A program made the position numbers and the translations under genes. Under the pieces are notes generated by a model. It was not told where the DNA came from. It did not search any database and saw nothing but the letters and a program-made list of their open reading frames with translations. 64,000 nt of DNA. It comes from Macrostomum lignano. Lineage: Eukaryota. This document shows, in pieces, positions 36,601 through 48,185 of this stretch (position 1 is the stretch's first letter; every line of letters begins with the position of its first letter). The stretch lies in assembly GCA_002269645.1 (NCBI GenBank), contig NIVC01000344.1, positions 62,001 to 126,000 on the forward strand, given 5' to 3'.

Positions 36601-39374
36601 GCTAGTGATGGTGGTCTTTGTTTCACTGCTAGTGGTGGTGGTCTTTGTTTCACTGCTAGTGATGATGGTTTTTGTTTCACTGCTAGTGATGGTGGTCTTT
36701 GTTTCACTGCTAGTGATGATGGTCTTTGTTTCACTGCTAGTGATGGTGGTCTTTGTTTCACTGCTAGTGATGATGGTTTTTGTTTCACTGCTAGTGATGG
36801 TGGTTTTGTTTCACTGCTAGTGATGGTGGTCTTTGTTTCACTGCTAGTGATGGTGGTCTTTGTTTCACTGCTAGTGATGGTGGTCTTTGTTTCACTGCTA
36901 GTGATGGTGGTCTTTGTTTCACTGCTAGTGATGGTGGTCTTTGTTTCACTGCTAGTGATGATGGTTTTTGTTTCACTGCTAGTGATGATGGTCTTTGTTT
37001 CACTGCTAGTGATGGTGGTCTTTGTTTCACTGCTAGTGATGATGGTCTTTGTTTCACTGCTAGTGATGGTGGTCTTTGTTTCACTGCTAGTGATGATGGT
37101 TTTTGTTTCACTGCTAGTGATGGTGGTTTTGTTTCACTGCTAGTGATGGTGGTCTTTGTTTCACTGCTAGTGATGGTGGTCTTTGTTTCACTGCTAGTGA
37201 TGATGGTTTTTGTTTCACTGCTAGTGATGGTGGTCTTTGTTTCACTGCTAGTGATGATGGTTTTTGTTTCACTGCTAGTGATGATGGTCTTTGTTTCACT
37301 GCTAGTGATGGTGGTCTTTGTTTCACTGCTAGTGATGATGGTTTTTGTTTCACTGCTAGTGATGGTGGTCTTTGTTTCACTGCTAGTGGTGGTGGTCTTT
37401 GTTTCACTGCTAGTGATGGTGGTCTTTGTTTCACTGCTAGTGATGATGGTTTTTGTTTCACTGCTAGTGATGGTGGTCTTTGTTTCACTGCTAGTGATGA
37501 TGGTCTTTGTTTCACTGCTAGTGATGGTGGTCTTTGTTTCACTGCTAGTGATGATGGTTTTTGTTTCACTGCTAGTGATGGTGGTTTTGTTTCACTGCTA
37601 GTGATGGTGGTCTTTGTTTCACTGCTAGTGATGGTGGTCTTTGTTTCACTGCTAGTGATGGTGGTCTTTGTTTCACTGCTAGTGATGGTGGTCTTTGTTT
37701 CACTGCTAGTGATGGTGGTCTTTGTTTCACTGCTAGTGATGATGGTTTTTGTTTCACTGCTAGTGATGATGGTCTTTGTTTCACTGCTAGTGATGGTGGT
37801 CTTTGTTTCACTGCTAGTGATGATGGTCTTTGTTTCACTGCTAGTGATGGTGGTCTTTGTTTCACTGCTAGTGATGATGGTTTTTGTTTCACTGCTAGTG
37901 ATGGTGGTTTTGTTTCACTGCTAGTGATGGTGGTCTTTGTTTCACTGCTAGTGATGGTGGTCTTTGTTTCACTGCTAGTGATGGTGGTCTTTGTTTCACT
38001 GCTAGTGATGGTGGTCTTTGTTTCACTGCTAGTGATGGTGGTCTTTGTTTCACTGCTAGTGATGGTGGTCTTTGTTTCACTGCTAGTGATGATGGTTTTT
38101 GTTTCACTGCTAGTGATGATGGTCTTTGTTTCACTGCTAGTGATGGTGGTCTTTGTTTCACTGCTAGTGATGATGGTTTTTGTTTCACTGCTAGTGATGA
38201 TGGTCTTTGTTTCACTGCTAGTGATGGTGGTCTTTGTTTCACTGCTAGTGATGGTGGTCTTTGTTTCACTGCTAGTGATGATGGTTTTTGTTTCGCTGCT
38301 AGTGATGGTGGTCTTTGTTTCACTGCTAGTGGTGGTGGTCTTTGTTTCACTGCTAGTGATGGTGGTCTTTGTTTCACTGCTAGTGATGATGGTTTTTGTT
38401 TCACTGCTAGTGATGGTGGTCTTTGTTTCACTGCTAGTGATGATGGTCTTTGTTTCACTGCTAGTGATGGTGGTCTTTGTTTCACTGCTAGTGATGATGG
38501 TTTTTGTTTCACTGCTAGTGATGGTGGTTTTGTTTCACTGCTAGTGATGGTGGTCTTTGTTTCACTGCTAGTGATGGTGGTCTTTGTTTCACTGCTAGTG
38601 ATGGTGGTCTTTGTTTCACTGCTAGTGATGGTGGTCTTTGTTTCACTGCTAGTGATGGTGGTCTTTGTTTCACTGCTAGTGATGGTGGTCTTTGTTTCAC
38701 TGCTAGTGATGGTGGTCTTTGTTTCACTGCTAGTGGTGATGGTCTTTGTTTCACTGCTAGTGATGGTGGTCTTTGTTTCACTGCTAGTGATGGTGGTTTT
38801 TATTTCACTGCTAGTGATGGTGGTCTTTGTTTCACTGCTAGTGATGGTGGTCTTTGTTATTGAAGTATATTACTAGTTGACTGCGTCTTTGTTACACTAA
38901 GAAACTATTTCAGACGGTTGGAGCTTCTAATCAAATTGCTATTTTAAAATCTTGTCATTTCCTTTTTTTCTTTCCTAAAATCTCTGAAAAAATAAAGTTC
39001 TCCGGCAGCCAAAGCTGGCAACGGGTACAGTGCAGCTTCCTCTTCGGCTTCATCAAACCCGTCACCGTGTCGCCCTCCGCCGCTCAAGCTGGCCCAGTCG
39101 GAGAAAGGCTCAGCCGCCAATCAGAAGGCTTGTAGCCGCGGAAAAGCAGACAGTCTGGCCGAAATTGTGTCATTTTTAACATCGACTGAACCGAGGTGCC
39201 TTAGACTGCAGAAGGGCATTGAGTGGTTTGAGCATGAATAAGTGCATTGAAGATGCAGATTTCTCTCATTTCCCCTCTCAAGGCATTCCACTGTGGAAGA
39301 GAATACTGGTTTTGCCATAGAGATTTACCCTTTACAGACAGACGGACAGAGAGACAGACAGACAGGCAGACAGG

Positions 39375-39409
<35 letters not shown>

Positions 39410-40253
39410 GCAGACAGACAGACACCTGCATCTACCTTCAGTAGCAAAGGAGTGTTGAAGCAATTCTGTAAGAAATAATACTATAATGTACGGGCGCACA
39501 TTAGCCAGCGCCACTAAGCATACACATGATACATATCGATAGCTATAAAGCTTGAGACCTAAGGTAACACTGACGAGCGGGGTTAAGATGTGTTTAAAAA
39601 CCGGTCGGAGAAGTTAAGCTATGAGGCAGAGGGGCAATAAACAAGCTCTGTTGTGCCGTCGACTTCAAATTGGCTGGATACGCATAAGCTAGAGCGTCTA
39701 TGGCCAAACCAGTGTCCTTTACACAGAGGCGACCGCATGCATGGAGTTCAAGCGGAATTGATTTGGAAAAAAAACAATATTCAAGTCTTGAAGTTCCTAC
39801 TTGACTTAAAAGTAGTAGAACAAAAACAAGTGCGCATGCGTTTTGATAACAGTAATAATATTGAAATGAAAGAATTGATTCCATCGTCTTTGCATGCGAT
39901 TGAGAATGGATTTTATTGCCTTGATTGCTTCAGTGTGTTCCTTGTTCTTTGATCAGAGTACCCGTTATAAAGTACAGTTTTTCCGTCCTTGGCGTTCTGT
40001 TTGAACAGAAAAGACAAGAACCAAAACCAGATAGGAAACAAAAGAATATTGTAAAAAACTGACGCCCTAAGACGGACAGGCAGACACTAATACGGACAGC
40101 CAGACACTAAGACACTAAGACGGACAGCCAGACACTAAGACACTAAGACGGACAGCCAGATAGAGACAGGCAGACAGACAGACAGACACTAAGACGGACA
40201 GGCAGATAGAGACAGGCAGACAGACAGACAGACACTAAGACGGACAGGCAGAT

Positions 40254-40300
<47 letters not shown>

Positions 40301-43300
40301 CTAAGACGAACAGGCAGACACTAATACGGACAGGCAGACACTAATACGGACAGACAGACACTAATACGGACAGACAGACACTAATACGGACAGGCAGACA
40401 CTAATACGGACAGGCAGACACTTATACGGACAGACAGACAGACAGACACTAATACGGACAGGCAGACACTAATACGGACAGACAGACAGACCCTAAGAAA
40501 CTAAGACGGAGAGACAGACAGACGGACAGACACTAAGACATTTTTGAGCCTCAAAAACACCCATTTTAGTGCCACATAACTCATTTTTGCGCCTCACTAC
40601 CCTCATGGGCGCCTCCATAGCCATTTTAGCAGCCCATTTTCCCGCCGAAAGGCCATTAACTACGTCTAATTCAATAGTTGAGCCATAGCTAAGCTTTAGT
40701 ATATCCTATTTTAGAATCCAAAATAACTTAGTGCTACTAAGCTGCTGTTATTTATACAACACCTAAACGGCTATCGTCGATCCCCCCATCTTGTTGCTAT
40801 GCAGGTCGCCCGAAATCGCTCTCGGCTCGTCGCCGCATTCCTCGCCAATATCCGGCGGCAGTCGGGACTCGCTAAATGCTTCCGGTTATAACAATAACAC
40901 TAATACTATTAGTAATAATGGCAACGGTAACAACGGCAATAGTAACAATGCTTATCATAGCAGCAGCAACTCCTCCGGCTCGCCTCAGCAGCAGCTGGCC
41001 GCCGCGTACGGCAGCAGCGGCGTCGGGGGTGTTGGAAAGAAAAAATCTCGCCTAGGCGGCACTCTTGGCCGGATATTTCGACGGCCGGACTCGCCGCAGC
41101 CGCCTCGATCTAGAACGCTGGGTAAACCGCCTTATTTAGTAGTGTATACCGCCTCTTATAACTGCTTGCAGTTTGGCCTCTCCCAGAGCCTCAGCTGCTC
41201 GGCCAGCCTCCCAGATCCTTAGTTGCTGGGCCAGCCTCCCAGATTCTCAGCTGCTGGACCAGCCTCCCAGATCGTCAGCTGCTGGACCAGCCTCCCAGAT
41301 CCTCGGTTGCTGGACCAGCCTCCCAGATCCTCGGTTGCTGGACCAGCCTCCCAGATCCTCAGGATTTAGATGACTATATAACTCCAAAATCTTGGGGGTC
41401 TGGTTTGCAGCCAAGCGTATGTGCCACATTAGCGTTACGCTCATGAATTTCTAATAAGACACTCAGCCTCTGTCCCCATGCGCTCCTCCTTGCCAGACGG
41501 CTCATCCCGTTACGACGCCCGATACCCCACTGACGACTCGATGACTTCAAGCGGTCACAGCTTCTTTGGCGGCGATCAGGAACGGCAGCGAAGGAAAAAG
41601 TACGCATTTTTGTTTTGTCTTTGTTTTAAGAAAAAAAATCGTTCGTATGAAATAACCTGTTAGTTAGCAGGGGCTGTGGGCTGCAAAAAACTCTTGACTC
41701 TAACGACTCTTGTGACTCTTTAACGACTCAAACGCATCAAATGCGACGGAGAGACGACTGTTGCGTCCCAAGCGCGTCACGTGAGTTGTAGAATCGTAAG
41801 AGTCGCGACAGAGTCGTGCAAGAATCGTTGTGTTGGTGCTTAACTTTCTACTAACTCAGTAGATTGCAATTAACGCCAATAACACAACACAACTTTTAAC
41901 ACAACTTTTGAATGAAATGACCAAAATACACGCGACTGAATTCATTAGAAAGAAGAGATGTGTCGCTTTAAAACGACACCAAAGTTGTGCTTGCAGCTGC
42001 TACTGTCTTTGCTCTGGTGGATTCCCGATGAAAACGGTACCCAGGTCAAGAAGCGTCTCGGAATCACTTGCGTCGCCCCATAGTCGTTTCAGACGCGTTG
42101 CAGATAACATAGGTCAAATAGGACAGAAGTCAGTGTGAGAATCACTTTGAAGTGTTTATTGTCTGCGACTCTGAAACGATTCTCATTAGACGCATTTGAG
42201 TCGTTAAAAAGTCGCAAGAATGGCCCCAGAGTCGCTTGAGTCAAGAGAGTTGTTTGCAACAACTTTTTAGCGATTCTTGTCACGGTATCTTTGTCCGCAC
42301 ACCCCTCATAGATGACGAGGCATTAGATATTTATTGTGCTCCCCCTGTTTACTTTATTGACTAATGATAAATGAATTTTCACAGAGAGGAACTACTGGAG
42401 CAGGTGATGCAGGACCGGTCCAGCTTCACCCAGTGGAGCGGTCCCACTGTAGTCGCCTGGCTAGAACTGTGGGTCGGCATGCCCGACTGGTACGTGGCCG
42501 CCTGCAGAGCCAATGTGAAATCCGGCGCTATTATGGCTAGCCTATCCGACCAGGACATTCAGCGAGAGCTGGGCATCTCAAATCCGCTGCACCGGTTGAA
42601 GCTGAGACTGGCCGTGCAGGAGATGCTGGATTGGACAGCCGGGCAGGGGAGCTCCGGCAACCCGAGTCTGGTTTGCGGCCGGATGGGACACGACTGGGTT
42701 GGCAACAGCTGGCTGCCCAGCCTGGGCCTCGGCCAGTACCGTTCGGCCTTCATGGACTGCCTGGTTGACGCCAGGATGCTGCCAAGTCTGGGCAAGAAGG
42801 AGCTCCGATCCTATCTGCGTATGTCGGACTCCGGGCACAGACGGTCGCTGGTCTGCGGCATCCGGGCTTTGCATCTGCTTGGCTTCGATAGGCAGACGCT
42901 GGAGGCCAGGCGCGAGGCCTGCGCAAAGGTTGACTCTGGTGAGTTTCAACTTGAGCCACTATGATGTCTGTGCGATTCTATCTGTTCAATTAACTCTTAC
43001 TCTTTGATTATCCTCAATCTCTGAGCAATCGCCTGCGATTTCACTTAGGCCTACTGAGCCTTTTCTTTTAATAATAAAAGTGATAATAATAATTGATTAC
43101 ACCTGCCACACACCCTCAATTATTCGAGGTAATGCTGGCACCCATTTTACAGCTGGGTGAACTGAAGCAATGCAGAGCTAAGCGTCTGGCTTAAGAGTAG
43201 GTCGAGAATCGAACCCCCGACCTTTTAGTCGCGAGTCCGACGCTCTAACCACTAGGCTACAACCGCCTATTTCCCTTTAGATTCCTCTAATTCCCTAAGC

Positions 43301-43697
43301 AATTCCTCATTGATTCCCGCTAATCCCTGAGATCGAAATTCCCCTGCATCGATTCCCACTCAACTCCCTGACAAGTCGCACCGCACGCATCAACTCCACA
43401 GACCTGCTTGTCTGGTCCAACGATCGTCTGCAGCAGTGGCTGCGCGGCCTCGGCCTCCTTCGCGACGACGCCGAGGCAAACCGATCGTTCCGGGAGTCCG
43501 GCTACCACGGCGCCCTGCTGGTCCTGGAGTCGGCCAGCCGGGCCAGCCTCGGTCAAACTTTGCAGCAGCTGTCCGGCGGCTCCTCGCTGGTCGGTTCGCG
43601 CGGCCGAGCTCTGCTGGACCAGCGGCTCAGCCAGCTGATTACGGAGGCGGAGGCTGCCGTTGAAGCCAGAAGACTGTCGAGTCCGGATAGCGGCTGA
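24319..43697 (+). CDS. PPFIA: Liprin-alpha (SYD-2/PPFIA family), 13-exon gene model
   Basis: Exons 24319-24621, 28868-29134, 29595-29995, 30481-31033, 31923-32048, 33645-33992, 34602-34730, 36245-36366, 38998-39195, 40805-41121, 41467-41599, 42385-42938, 43402-43697. All junctions are GT-AG and phases join in frame. Motifs: [80 protein letters not shown] and three SAM domains. Low-complexity middle exons are less certain. Confidence 0.92.
24586..25741 (+). repeat. 49-bp minisatellite spanning the liprin exon 1/intron 1 junction (23 units plus a partial unit)
   Basis: Unit GCATGATGAAGCATTTGGAGGCTGGGGTGCCCAAG|GTGAGTCTGAGACY. Confidence 0.97.
26650..26737. mobile_element. Tiny MITE with CATAG termini and AT flanks
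   Basis: CATAGTCTATGGTTAAAAAGTCC ... GGACTTTTTACCATAGACTATG, flanked by AT on both sides. Confidence 0.55.
27556..27700. repeat. 21-bp minisatellite ATATTTGGGATACAGATTT(C/G)T
   Basis: About 7 tandem units. Confidence 0.9.
27733..28298. repeat. 24-bp minisatellite GTTAGACAGTTTACAATAGCACCC
   Basis: More than 20 tandem units, with CTC/CCC variants in blocks. Confidence 0.95.
28337..28745. repeat. 30-31-bp minisatellite GTGAGCCTTGATATCTCAGCAATTCCCCCCG, degenerating 3'
   Basis: About 8 near-perfect units, then decayed copies. Related decayed units at ~35575-35670 and ~36000. Confidence 0.9.
28868..29134 (+). CDS. PPFIA: Liprin-alpha exon 2
   Basis: CAG|DSVSLVKE...[32 protein letters not shown]...HHKALDEK|GT. 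Confidence 0.95.
29225..29565. repeat. 21-bp minisatellite GACAGTGTCAGGATTGGGACT (liprin intron 2)
   Basis: About 15 units. Confidence 0.9.
29595..29995 (+). CDS. PPFIA: Liprin-alpha exon 3
   Basis: CAG|[23 protein letters not shown]...EQRCLTA|GTAAG, phase 2. Confidence 0.9.
30170..30425. repeat. Degenerate GACACTAAGACAG repeats (intron 3)
   Basis: Recurrent CACTAAGAC motif. Confidence 0.7.
30481..31033 (+). CDS. PPFIA: Liprin-alpha exon 4
   Basis: [42 protein letters not shown]; donor CAG|GTGCCT. Confidence 0.93.
31064..31775. repeat. 24-bp minisatellite CAGTGTCTGTTTATTAGTGCTAAA (intron 4)
   Basis: About 29 near-identical units. Confidence 0.97.
31923..32048 (+). CDS. PPFIA: Liprin-alpha exon 5 (low complexity)
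   Basis: [18 protein letters not shown]...NPGR|GTTAGC; phase 0-0 fits its neighbours. Confidence 0.55.
32265..33300. repeat. 21-bp minisatellite GATTTCCCTTTCCAACAGTC(T/G) (intron 5)
   Basis: About 49 units with several variant classes. Confidence 0.95.
33645..33992 (+). CDS. PPFIA: Liprin-alpha exon 6
   Basis: [43 protein letters not shown]; donor |GTAAGG. Confidence 0.93.
34602..34730 (+). CDS. PPFIA: Liprin-alpha exon 7 (putative)
   Basis: CAG|QQQHLFPSG...SPFLNHWQ|GTACAG, phase 0-0. Confidence 0.55.
35693..35742. repeat. Interstitial telomeric-type repeat (CCCTAA)n, imperfect
   Basis: CTAACCCTAACCCTAGCCTAACCCTAACCCTAACCCTAACCTAACCCTAA. Confidence 0.85.
36245..36366 (+). CDS. PPFIA: Liprin-alpha exon 8
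   Basis: [19 protein letters not shown] (conserved TPRSxRLER motif); donor |GTGAGT. Confidence 0.85.
36393..38858. repeat. 27-bp minisatellite TCTTTGTTTCACTGCTAGTGATGGTGG, ~91 units (intron 8)
   Basis: Direct tandem array with a 26-bp variant at intervals. Confidence 0.98.
38998..39195 (+). CDS. PPFIA: Liprin-alpha exon 9 (putative)
   Basis: Open Ser/Ala/Pro-rich frame; phase 2-2 joins exons 8 and 10. Confidence 0.55.
39335..39424. repeat. (GACA)n microsatellite
   Basis: Direct reading. Confidence 0.9.
40068..40540. repeat. Compound GACA / CAGACACTAATACG repeat
   Basis: Direct reading. Confidence 0.85.
40805..41121 (+). CDS. PPFIA: Liprin-alpha exon 10
   Basis: SRDSLN...[16 protein letters not shown], compare KKKGIKSSIGRLFGKK of liprins. 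Confidence 0.85.
41180..41362. repeat. ~27-28-bp minisatellite GCTGGACCAGCCTCCCAGATCCTCGGTT (intron 10)
   Basis: About 6 units. Confidence 0.85.
41467..41599 (+). CDS. PPFIA: Liprin-alpha exon 11
   Basis: ...[11 protein letters not shown]|GTACGC, leading into SAM1. Confidence 0.75.
41680..42260. mobile_element. MITE-like element with GACTC-rich inverted ends (intron 11)
   Basis: GCTGCAAAAAACTCTTGACTC...TTAACGACTCAAACGCATC is the approximate reverse complement of GACGCATTTGAGTCGTTAA...GAGTCAAGAGAGTTGTTTGCAAC. Confidence 0.55.
42385..42938 (+). CDS. PPFIA: Liprin-alpha exon 12 (SAM1 and SAM2)
   Basis: [34 protein letters not shown]...[13 protein letters not shown]; [29 protein letters not shown]. 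Confidence 0.97.
43100..43266 (-). mobile_element. Second copy of the tRNA-derived SINE (3'-truncated, internal deletion)
   Basis: Reverse complement reads GTTGTAGCCTAGTGGTTAGAGCGTCGGACTCGCG...GGTTCGATTCTCGACC...CTCTGCATTGCTTCAGTTCACCCAGCTGTAAAATGGGTGCCAGC. Confidence 0.85.
43402..43697 (+). CDS. PPFIA: Liprin-alpha exon 13 (SAM3, stop)
   Basis: [19 protein letters not shown]...[11 protein letters not shown]...[12 protein letters not shown]...SPDSG*. Confidence 0.9.
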
Positions 43698-45392
43698 CCA
43701 AGCTCTAAATCGAAGGATTTTTAGGGGCCACCTATTTCTCGGGGGGGGGGGGGCGTTGACCCCCTCGTATTTCAAAGAGGTCGGTTTTGACCTCCTAAAA
43801 TAGTCTCTATGTGACCGTCGATGTGACCCTTGCAATGTGACAATCAATGTGACCACCAAATAAACGGTCACATCAATTTCTTTACGGAAGTAACGAATGC
43901 TTGGGAAGTGATTTTTCGGTATTTTGACCCTCTTTTAAAAAGAGGGATTTTTGTGACTCCGGTAAGTCACGTCTCTTAGTTGGGGCCTTGACCCCCTTAC
44001 AAAGAGAGCGGGGCTCTGATCCCATAAAAACATTTTTTACGAGCTAAAGGGATCGTGTCTATAGGGGGACTTTGACCCCCCCCCTGCCCTCGCAAATATA
44101 TAGACCCCCCCTGATCTGAGAGGTCACCTCGTTTTTCCGCCATGTCCCCTCCCCAGGACCTTCACCCTGGCTGTCTCAGTCAATCAATCAATCATTGCAA
44201 ACTTTTTTGTAGTTCAATTACAGTATAAAAGCTCTCATACAATTGAGAATATGCTGCATGTTCTTGATATGCTCTACTGGATTTTACTGTGAGTTTCTGA
44301 TGTAATTAACCCAGTATATACTTTACATTTTAACTATTATAATAACCAAGTACTAAAGGCACGCAAATTTATGTAAATATAAAACCCAACCTTTTCTTGT
44401 TGAGTATTTTTAAAAACTACCTTAGCCCATAATATGACTTGATGTTGTTTATTAATTCTTAGCACGGAAACCTTGCACAACAAATCTGTGCTTGACTGAG
44501 CAGTAATTTATTTTTTCTCTCAATCGATTTGCGTCCGAAACTTGTTGTTTTTGTTGCTGCTGTGCCGCTTCCGCTTTTTGGCTTCGAAGTGTCCTGGCAA
44601 CTGTTTTCACTTGCGTTTCTAATATTTACAGTGTTCCAGTTATCATTTTTAATGCATGTGATATATATATTTATACACTGTTTATATACTAGCTAGATTA
44701 GATTTATTAAGATCCAGACGGCCCGATAGACTTCAATCTTTTCACATTTTTGCTCATAACTCATTGTGTCTCGTGTTTGTTGTGTCCTCAAATGACCTCA
44801 AAATATGTTGTAGTGTAAAAAGAACACGTACATTATTTAGTACAAAAACACTGATACATGAACTGTACTGGTTGGCCCTCACACACTTGGGCACCATTTA
44901 TAGTGCTTTTTCTATATGTGTGCTACAATTTAATACTGAAATGTGTAATAAAGTCAATTCAGTCTACTGTTGCGAGTGACTGACTGTGTTTTTTTATTTT
45001 AAATACCTCCAGGTATTTTTTCGTTTTGTTTGAACCGCCTGTTAGGTAGAAATAAAATAAAGAATAAAATGTCTTTCCTTTATTTTCTTTGACTTAAACG
45101 CTATTCAAACTGACTACTATGAGTAGAGGTACCGGAGAGTTTGGTAAGGAATGCATATTTCTATGGCACTTGAGCTCGCAAGTTTAATGATACCGTAAAC
45201 GACTATTTAGTCTTAGTCCTCATATAATCTCAGACAGTTTAGGTGAAAATCCCATGCTCGAATCAAAATTTAAATTGGGCCCGCGCACGCAATTAAATCT
45301 GAGTCCTTTTTGAGTTTTAGAGTAGGCAAAAATAACATCATTTTGCACAATTTTTTAGCGGCAACTCTCTTCATATTAACTTTAATATTTAA

Positions 45393-45934
45393 AAAATCAG
45401 ACAATGGAAACAAAAGTTACAAACTCAAATGTAGCAGGAGTTTGACCATAGAATTACAGTAAGTTAGCAAGCTAGCAAAATTTCGAAGTGGAAGCTGACA
45501 AATGAGTAACTGGGTTCAGTACTCCTAAATGTGTAAAGTTACTGTGGTAAATGACTGCATTAGACCCATGAGTCGATGAAAGTTGCGCATGAATCCCGGC
45601 TGCACTATGCTCTGCCCTCTAAAGAGTGTAAATCACACTCCCCTGAGCAACAAGAATGCGCATCCATGACTTTTGGTGCAGCAAAAGCAGGGAACAAAAA
45701 GCAATGAAGCTGAAGCCCAGTGGGAAATATTCTGCTGCTTTAAAAGTTTTATGTTTTCCCAAGTTTTTCCATAGATGTCTCTTTGTCAAAGCAGCCTAAC
45801 AAAGAAGTCTTAGAGTGCATTCAATCAAAAGTACTTTCACTACTTTCCACTAGCTTGTTAACATACTGTACGTAAGTCTATGGTCAAACTCCTGCTAAAT
45901 TTTAGTTTGTAACTTTTGTTTCCATTGTCTGGTT
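45393..45934. mobile_element. MITE with ~80-bp TIRs and TTAA flanks (Kolobok/piggyBac-type TSD)
   Basis: CAGACAATGGAAACAAAAGTTACAAACT...GCAGGAGTTTGACCATAGA is matched in reverse at ~45850-45934. TTAA at 45389-45392 and 45935-45938. Confidence 0.7.
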
Positions 45935-46721
45935 TTAAAGATGTTAAAGTTAATATGAAGAAGAGAGTTGCCGCTATAAAATTGTGCAAAATGTTATTTG
46001 GATCATTAGAACGAGAGAAGATTAATAGAGACGGATGGCAAAATGGGAGCTGTAACGAAATCCGCCTCCGCTGTCTCCTGTTGCAGCAGACGTCTTATTG
46101 CCTTGAAGATTAATCACGAAAGCGCCGCTACTGCGTGTAACTCAGCCACGAGCTGGCGGCTCATTGAAGCGAACCGAGCGCATGACCGCGCGCTTTTTCA
46201 CCCAAAGTCTTGCATCTGCCTGTTTAGCCAGCTATGCTACTACACGACTGCGATGATGATGATGAAGAAGGATTGAATTTGCGACTTTTCTATACCTAGC
46301 AGCTAACACACGCGCGGAGCATGCATGCAAAGCGGGCTGGGATGCAGGGATGTGTCCCAGCAGGTCCCCCCTCCCACCCGCGTCCTGTGCAGCCGGATTG
46401 CGGCTCGGCGGGGGGAGGCGCGTGTGCGAATTATGCCGCGCGCGTGTGAGAGAGCGAGAGAGAGAGAGAGAGAAATATAGAATGTGTGGATGGAGGGCCC
46501 ACATGAAAACATGGCCAGGTGGGCATGCGTGGGGGCAGCAGCAGCAGCAACTGCCGTATGCATGGCCCGATTCAAGCCGAGGTCGCATGCAGTTGCGCAC
46601 ACACGGAACACGCGGTTGATCCGGGTTCACCTGCACCGGACCACCCAATTCTCGATTCAATGCGAGCAACCGCGAGGCATTACGGAAGGATGAATGAAGG
46701 AATATGGAACTCGAAAACACG

Positions 46722-46723
<2 letters not shown>

Positions 46724-46761
<38 letters not shown>
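46724..46761. repeat. (GA)n microsatellite
   Basis: Direct reading. Confidence 0.9.
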
Positions 46762-46764
<3 letters not shown>

Positions 46765-48185
46765 GGGAATCCGGAGCTTTTTCTACCTCTGCGCTTGCAT
46801 TCGTGACGCCGCACTGATTTTCAATTTTTCTCTACCTGCGCACGGCGCGCTCTAGTTTTTTATTCGAACTCGAGTTAGCGCTTCTGCTGCTGGCTGACTG
46901 GCAAGATTGGCTAGGATGAGAGATGTTGAATAGCATTCCTCTTTAGCTAGTTACCAGACTAGTAACTATATCAAAAATTTATTCGTTTCTAATGAGAAGT
47001 ACACACTGGCACCTGGGAACAGGGGTAAGAGGGGGGCAGCTGCCCACCTGGCATTGAGATGGGGAGCCATCCAGAGGTCAAAGGGGTCAACTACCCCCTC
47101 TAGTGAAAATGTTATCATGCTATGACAGGGTTCGGCAAACTCCTGTAGTCGGTCAACCACATGCGGCCCCCTAAGGTTTATGTATCTTCTCAGCTCTCTT
47201 CTCTCTTCTCTCCTTTCCTCTCTTTTCTGGTCCGCAGGTATGAGCTGGATTCTTTATCTTGCCCTTGAGTTAAAAAAAACTTTGCCGACACCTGTGCTAT
47301 GACTTCTATGCTTCTTGAGATCTTCCTGTCTCTCAAATGTTTCTTTTCTCGATTGTGAGCCGAGTTGTTCTCGTCCAAAAAATATTCGGGCAAAAAGCAA
47401 CCAAGTTTATGGTTTTGATCGTAACTGCATTGGAAGTCGATTTTTAAGCATGATTTCAACGAGAGAGGTTGGCATCCTTTGTGCTGATGTCTATGGCCAA
47501 ATCATCAACTTACTCGCTATGTCTATGTCTATGGGCAAGACCGAATCTACTGCTGCCAAATGAAAAATCTCGACTTGGTTGGCTTTACTATCAACTTGGC
47601 CGATAAAATCAATACCAGCTTTACCTAGTTGTCGGCAATTCCAAGCGGATATAGTAGTTTCGCACAGTAGTTTTTCCAGGAATGCACGTCACAAATTCCC
47701 AGCCCGACCCCTACTGCAATAGTAGTTGTCGAAAATTGCCATTTGACTCGGTCAAATCTGTCCGATCCGACACTTGGCGACGCAGGAAAGAATTCTTTCC
47801 TATATTAGATGACACGTTGCAGCTTTCTCCCTCTTGCTAAACATATTTAACCAGTGCTTATAGGTGGGAATATGAAGATGTTGCTGCAGCTGTTGTTCGA
47901 GCAGCTCGCGCCACGCATCAGCTGTAGAGTGTCCTGTGCGGTCGTCTATAAGCTGCGACTATGTGCCATCGAAATGCCGTGGCAAAATACCTATCTCGAC
48001 AGGGATAATACGGCGCTAGACAGGGCGCTTCCTATTAGATAGATAGCTATTGAGAGCTACTTCATCTGTTACACATGGGATAACTGAAGTATGATTTATT
48101 TACGCTCGTATTGATAGAGTCTTCGCTCAGCAAAAAAACTTGTGTTATCTGAACGTTAGTTTTAGCCAACTGGGCTTTTTTTGCG

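Noticed and set aside
36268-38876. Long ORFs (VMVVFVSLL)n / (KQRPPSLAV)n
   Set aside because: By-products of a stop-free 27-bp satellite inside liprin intron 8.
43720-44115. G-run-bounded segment as a hAT-type MITE
   Set aside because: Ends show only weak inverted similarity (G runs) and no TSD could be identified.
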